From Candidatus Zixiibacteriota bacterium (GTDB lineage Bacteria > Zixibacteria > MSB-5A5 > WJJR01): a stretch of 12,156 nt of DNA. The stretch's first letter is position 1, and every line of letters begins with the position of its first letter. Position numbers and translations under genes: made by a program. Positions 7,590 to 12,156 of this stretch are shown in pieces. The notes under the pieces were generated by a model. That model made no database searches, had not been told where the DNA came from, and saw only the letters and a program-made list of their open reading frames with translations. The stretch is from contig JAVHPP010000096.1 of the NCBI GenBank assembly GCA_036170655.1, positions 1-12,156 of the forward strand, written 5' to 3'.

Positions 7590-8411
7590 ATGGCACAGAT
7601 CAACTGGCAGACGGTCCGGTCATTCGAGGACATCAAGTACGAGAAGGCCGAAGGGATCGCCAAGATCACAATCAATCGTCCCCAGGTGCGGAATGCGTTC
7701 CGGCCGCAGACTATCTTCGACATGTCGGCTGCGTTTGCCGACGCCCGCGACGATCCCGCCGTCGGTGTCGTGATTCTCACCGGGGAGGGGCCGAAGGCAT
7801 TTTGTTCGGGCGGTGACCAGAGCATACGTGGTGACGCCGGATATGTGGACGATCAGGGCGTTCCGCGTCTGAATGTGCTCGATCTGCAACGGACAATCCG
7901 CACTCTTCCCAAACCGGTGATCGCCATGGTCGCGGGGTATGCGATCGGCGGCGGGCATGTGCTCCACCTGATCTGCGACCTGACCATCGCCGCCGAAAAC
8001 AGCCGCTTCGGGCAAACCGGCCCGAGGGTCGGCAGCTTTGACGGTGGGTACGGCGCATCGTACATGGCCAGGATCGTGGGCCAGAAAAAGGCCCGCGAGA
8101 TTTGGTTCCTCTGCCGTCAATACAATGCGCAGCAGGCGCTGGCGATGGGCCTGGTGAATGCGGTCGTGCCGCTGGAACGTCTCGAAGAGGAAACTATTCA
8201 GTGGTGCCGTGAGATTCTGGCCAACAGCCCGCTGGCCATTCGCTGCCTCAAAGCGGCACTCAATGCCGACTGCGATGGACAGGCGGGACTGCAGGAACTG
8301 GCGGGGAACGCCACCCTCCTTTTCTATATGACCGCGGAGGCGCAGGAAGGTCGCGACGCCTTCGTGCAGAAACGCAAACCGGACTTCTCCAAATTTCCCC
8401 GGTTCCCCTGA
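7590..8411 (+). CDS. menB: 1,4-dihydroxy-2-naphthoyl-CoA synthase
   Basis: Start corrected to the ATG at 7590 (MAQINWQ, SD GGAGGG at 7574-7579), giving 273 aa. Motifs [43 protein letters not shown] and EAQEGRDAF. Confidence 0.98.
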   Translation: MAQINWQTVRSFEDIKYEKAEGIAKITINRPQVRNAFRPQTIFDMSAAFADARDDPAVGVVILTGEGPKAFCSGGDQSIRGDAGYVDDQGVPRLNVLDLQRTIRTLPKPVIAMVAGYAIGGGHVLHLICDLTIAAENSRFGQTGPRVGSFDGGYGASYMARIVGQKKAREIWFLCRQYNAQQALAMGLVNAVVPLERLEEETIQWCREILANSPLAIRCLKAALNADCDGQAGLQELAGNATLLFYMTAEAQEGRDAFVQKRKPDFSKFPRFP

Positions 8412-9316
8412 TGCCCGCCGACAGGAACAACACTCCGCAGCCGGTCATGTCGGTGTGGCTTCATGCGGCCCGGCCACGAACCTTGTGGGTCGGAGTGAGC
8501 CCGGTCATTGTCGGCTCGTCATTAGCGTGGCACGATGGGGCATTTCACCTGCTCTCGGCGGTGGCAGCGCTCGCCGGCGCTGTGGCAATTCAAATCGGGA
8601 CGAATTTCGCCAATGACCTCTATGACTTCAAACACGGTGCCGACACTCCCGATCGGAGCGGACCACTGCGCGTCACCCAGGCGGGTCTGGTGACGCCCCA
8701 CCAGATGCAGTACGCCATGTGGACCGCGTTTGGCGTCGCCATCCTCGTGGGAGCGTATCTCGTCGGACGCGGCGGGTGGCCAATTCTGATCGCCGGCCTG
8801 TTGTCGATCGCGGCGGGCATTCTCTATACCGGCGGGCCGTTCCCCTTTGGTTATCATGGGTTGGGCGAACCGTTTGTCTTCGTCTTCTTCGGTATTGTGG
8901 CCGTGACCGGCACATACTTCGTTCAGGCCCATCGGCTGACCGCTGCCGCGTTTGGACTGAGCATACCGATGGGGCTTCTGGCGGTTGCCGTCCTCGTCGT
9001 GAACAATCTGCGTGACATCGAAACCGACCGCCTCACCGGCAAAACGACACTGGCGGTCAGACTTGGACACGGCCGAACGCGATGGGAATACACACTGGTG
9101 ATAGCAGCCGCCTTCCTGGTGCCAGTCATCCTGACCGCCAACGGGCAAAGTCCCGCCGGGATCCTGTTGTCGCTGGGCGCAGCGGTTCTCGCGATCCCGC
9201 TGGTCAGAACTGTCTGGCGTACAGCGAGCGGACCCTTGCTGAATGACGCGCTGGCACAGACGGCGCGCCTGCAATTGGTCTATGGATGCCTTCTTGCGGC
9301 GGGCCTGCTGCTCTGA
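8411..9316 (+). CDS. menA: 1,4-dihydroxy-2-naphthoate polyprenyltransferase (UbiA family)
   Basis: 301-aa multi-TM protein with AARPRTL, NFANDLYDFKHGAD and NNLRDIETDRLTGKTTLAVRLG. TGATG overlap with menB. Confidence 0.96.
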   Translation: MPADRNNTPQPVMSVWLHAARPRTLWVGVSPVIVGSSLAWHDGAFHLLSAVAALAGAVAIQIGTNFANDLYDFKHGADTPDRSGPLRVTQAGLVTPHQMQYAMWTAFGVAILVGAYLVGRGGWPILIAGLLSIAAGILYTGGPFPFGYHGLGEPFVFVFFGIVAVTGTYFVQAHRLTAAAFGLSIPMGLLAVAVLVVNNLRDIETDRLTGKTTLAVRLGHGRTRWEYTLVIAAAFLVPVILTANGQSPAGILLSLGAAVLAIPLVRTVWRTASGPLLNDALAQTARLQLVYGCLLAAGLLL

Positions 9317-10431
9317 TGTATGCATCGTGGTCAATGTTCCCCTATGACAGGCCGCTCCCTCGCCCGATCGTGACCGCTCATGGTGTCTACCGGCTCCGGT
9401 CGGGACTGCTGCTGCAGGCGCACGATGGCGATGGGTTCGCGGGGCTGGGCGACAGCTCGCCTTTGCCGGGCTTTTCATCGGAGACGAGGGAGGATGTGCA
9501 GCGCCGATGGGAGGCGATTCGCGCGCAGGTGGAGCAAGCTCCGGTTCCACAGACACGCGATGAACTCGCCGGACTGTCCTCCACGCTTGAACGCTGGACC
9601 GATGGGTTGCCGTCGCTGCGTTTCGCGCTGGAGACCGCGCTGGCTGACTTGTCCGCGCGCCGCGCTGGCATTCCGCTGGCGCGATGGCTCGCGCCCCAGT
9701 CCGCCGACCGTGTTGAAGTGAATGCGCTGCTCAGCGCTATTGATGCAGACAGTCTGCGGGCGCAGGCACGCGCGGCGGTCCGGTCCGGTTACCACACGTT
9801 CAAGATTAAAGCGGCGGTGGGGCCGGTTCCTCGTGACGTGGAGAGGACCATGGCTGTCAGAAACGAAGTGCCGACCGCGGCGATTCGGATCGATGCGAAT
9901 GGAGGGTGGACCCCATCCCAAGCGTCGCACGCCTTCGCCTCGCTGCGTGACGCGGCGCTGGAATTTATCGAGCAGCCCTTTCCCATTGGATTCGCTTCGC
10001 AGGCGCACGCTTTGTCCCAGGAATTCGGCATCCCGCTCGCTCTCGATGAAGAAGCCGGCAGTGTCGACGCTGCCCTGTGGCTCATCCGTGAGCATCTCTG
10101 TGATGTCGTGGTGACTAAACCCATGATCATCGGCGGCCTGGTGAACGCCATGCGTCTGGCCGACACAGCGCGCCAGGTCGGGATCAGGGTCACTTTCACA
10201 TCGTCATGGGAAAGCGACGTCGGGCTGGCTGCGACGTTGCATCTCGCCGCCGCTGTCGGCCCAACTGTCGGGGCGTGCGGGTTGTCGACGGCTGGCATGA
10301 TCGCCGAAGAGCTCGTGGAACCGGCCTTGCGAATCGACAACGGCTATCTCGCTATTGAGGGACATCATGGTCTCGGACTCACCCTCTGCCCACCGCAACG
10401 GGAGAACGCCGGAAATTTTCCCAAGCCATGA
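9316..10431 (+). CDS. menC: o-succinylbenzoate synthase (enolase superfamily)
   Basis: Start corrected to the ATG at 9316 (TGATG overlap with menA), giving 371 aa. It has PLPGFSSET, the KxK motif FKIK, metal ligands in RIDANGGW, IEQP and ALDE, the second Lys in TKP, and SSWES. Confidence 0.93.
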   Translation: MYASWSMFPYDRPLPRPIVTAHGVYRLRSGLLLQAHDGDGFAGLGDSSPLPGFSSETREDVQRRWEAIRAQVEQAPVPQTRDELAGLSSTLERWTDGLPSLRFALETALADLSARRAGIPLARWLAPQSADRVEVNALLSAIDADSLRAQARAAVRSGYHTFKIKAAVGPVPRDVERTMAVRNEVPTAAIRIDANGGWTPSQASHAFASLRDAALEFIEQPFPIGFASQAHALSQEFGIPLALDEEAGSVDAALWLIREHLCDVVVTKPMIIGGLVNAMRLADTARQVGIRVTFTSSWESDVGLAATLHLAAAVGPTVGACGLSTAGMIAEELVEPALRIDNGYLAIEGHHGLGLTLCPPQRENAGNFPKP

Positions 10432-11957
10432 ATATGCAATCGCCTCTACTCTATCCGACGACCATCCAGGCTAGCGTCGCCCCGGACAGACCGGCAATCA
10501 TCGGGGACAATGGCATGGTCACCCACGCGGAGCTTGAAGGGAGGATCGTCGCTGCCGCGCGCCGGCTTGTGGCGCTGGGAATCGGCCCCGGCGACCGTGT
10601 GGCCATGAGCGCCCCTAACAGCTTGGAGTGGGTGGTCATCGCGCACGCCGTTGTCCGGCTCGGCGCCGCACTCGTGCCCCTGAGTACCCGTCTCGCGCCA
10701 GCCGAGCTTCTCCAGCAAATGGAACTGTTCAATCCCCGGCTGACGTTCGCCGACAACAGACCGTATGAAATCCTCGCGCGGGAACCCGCATTCGCAGGCC
10801 AGCTGGTCCTCCTGGAACAATCCACTGACCGTGCACGCCGGTCGTGGGAGACCATCTCTCCGGCTCCCGTCGAGATTGGCCCGGAAGCAGATCCCGAGCG
10901 CGTCGGCACGATCATATCCACGTCGGGATCAACAGGGCCACCCAAAGGCGTGTGTCTGACACTGGCCAACCATCTCAGGGCGGCGGATAGCTCCCGACGC
11001 AATCTGGACAACACGGCTGCGGATCGCTGGCTGGTCAACATGCCGTTCTATCACATTGGTGGATTGGCCATTCTCTTCCGGGCCGCCACCAGCGGGCTGA
11101 GCATGGTCATTCACGATCATTTCGATGCCGAACGGACCATCGATGCCATTGGACATCAGGCCATCACGCATCTGTCGGTCGTCGAAAACACCTTGCGGCG
11201 TCTCCTCGACGCTTGGGAGAGCCGACCGGGCCCCTCGAAGTTGCGGGCCGTCTTGGCAGGTGGCGGTCCGGTCGATGTCGAATTGCTGCGCCGGGCGCGG
11301 ATGCTCGGCATCCCCGTGCTGCCAACCTATGGACTGACAGAAGCGTCATCTCAAGTTGCGACACTGCATCCGGACGCACCCGTAGCGAAATTGATGACCG
11401 CAGGACGCCCCCTGCCACAATGCGAAGTCGAGATTCGCAACCCGGAGGGTGACATCGCACCACCGGGAACGGAAGGCGAGATTGCCATTCGCGGTCCCAT
11501 GGTGGCCACAAAGTACTGGAGTCGCTCCGGAGAAACGACCGCGCGCGCGCCAGACGGGTGGCTGGCCACCCATGACATCGGCGTCCTCGATACTGATGGG
11601 TATCTGACCATTAGTGGCCGAATGGATGACATGATCATTTCCGGAGGAGAAAAGGTCTTTCCGGCCGAGGTGGAAAACGCGCTGTCCCACATTCCCGGAA
11701 TACGTCGCGCCGTGGTCTTGGGAATCGCCGACCCGCGCTGGGGTCAGGCGCCAGTGGCGATGATCGAGATCGAGGGCAGCGCGCTGGATCACGCGGCCAT
11801 GATCGCTCTTCTGAACAATCGCCTCGCCCACTACAAAATACCTCGGACATTCATCCCTGTGCCATCCATCCCGCTCACAGACAATGGCAAGATCGACCGC
11901 CGGCGGGCGCGCGAACTCTACCGGCAGCTTGCACCGAATCAACAGTTCGATTCCTGA
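10428..11957 (+). CDS. menE: o-succinylbenzoate-CoA ligase (ANL adenylating enzyme)
   Basis: 509 aa. P-loop STSGSTGPPKG, PFYHIGGL, TYGLTEASSQV, GRMDDMIISGGEK and NGKIDR. ATGA overlap with menC. Confidence 0.95.
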   Translation: MNMQSPLLYPTTIQASVAPDRPAIIGDNGMVTHAELEGRIVAAARRLVALGIGPGDRVAMSAPNSLEWVVIAHAVVRLGAALVPLSTRLAPAELLQQMELFNPRLTFADNRPYEILAREPAFAGQLVLLEQSTDRARRSWETISPAPVEIGPEADPERVGTIISTSGSTGPPKGVCLTLANHLRAADSSRRNLDNTAADRWLVNMPFYHIGGLAILFRAATSGLSMVIHDHFDAERTIDAIGHQAITHLSVVENTLRRLLDAWESRPGPSKLRAVLAGGGPVDVELLRRARMLGIPVLPTYGLTEASSQVATLHPDAPVAKLMTAGRPLPQCEVEIRNPEGDIAPPGTEGEIAIRGPMVATKYWSRSGETTARAPDGWLATHDIGVLDTDGYLTISGRMDDMIISGGEKVFPAEVENALSHIPGIRRAVVLGIADPRWGQAPVAMIEIEGSALDHAAMIALLNNRLAHYKIPRTFIPVPSIPLTDNGKIDRRRARELYRQLAPNQQFDS

Positions 11958-12049
11958 TCGCTGCCTGCCCATCTGCGGTCTCGTGTCCCCGCGCGCCACC
12001 CCTACTGTGGTCCCGATCCCATACAGACCGTCGGGCCTCCTGAAGGCGT

Positions 12050-12075
12050 GTCTGGCTTGTGCCGATAAACCAGAC
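12050..12075. terminator. Hairpin downstream of menE (possible terminator or structured 3' end)
   Basis: GTCTGGCTT-gtgccgat-AAACCAGAC gives a 9-bp stem with one G-U pair on the minus-strand RNA, or one mismatch on the plus-strand RNA. There is no strong U-tract. Confidence 0.3.
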
Positions 12076-12156
12076 GGTGTTGCCATATCGCGTAGTGTGA
12101 GTTAATTCAGGGGGTTGAATGAGTGTTGAGCAGCCGGCGCCGGTAGCAGACGGTCA

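Noticed and set aside
9286..9315. 10-aa N-terminal extension of MenC
   Set aside because: It lies inside menA. ATG 9316 gives the TGATG coupling seen elsewhere in the operon.
8522..9556. 344-aa minus-strand ORF over menA/menC
   Set aside because: It is an Arg/Ala/Pro-rich antisense shadow with no motifs, expected at this GC content.
11346..12086. 246-aa minus-strand ORF over the 3' half of menE
   Set aside because: It has no SD or motifs and is mostly antisense to conserved menE. It would merit revisiting only if an antisense transcript is found.
1..12156. CRISPR array, IS/transposase, integrase, tRNA/rRNA, known riboswitch, frameshifted pseudogene or defence system
   Set aside because: I saw no repeat-spacer arrays, mobile-element ORFs, cloverleafs or recognisable aptamer consensus by eye. 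All nine complete genes have intact frames and normal lengths.

Overview
This is a GC-rich bacterial chromosomal window with two divergent blocks. The minus strand carries a PhoB/PhoP-type response regulator (2550-3302) and a PhoR-type sensor kinase (726-2546). They are followed by a signal-peptide-bearing, porin-like outer-membrane protein that starts at 512, runs off the left edge and is absent from the ORF track. An 11-bp-periodic TTAACAC direct repeat that looks like a Pho box lies upstream of that gene. The plus strand carries a tightly coupled classical (o-succinylbenzoate) menaquinone operon, menF-menD-menH-menB-menA-menC-menE (3508-11957), with no menI or menG. I saw no mobile elements, CRISPR arrays or RNA genes. 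The gene content is mostly well-known housekeeping. The most interesting points are the unannotated, putatively Pho-regulated porin with its candidate box, the head-to-head phoBR/men arrangement, a Met-rich uORF overlapping the menF start, and the unusual men gene order. I cannot support a wholly new system from the sequence alone.
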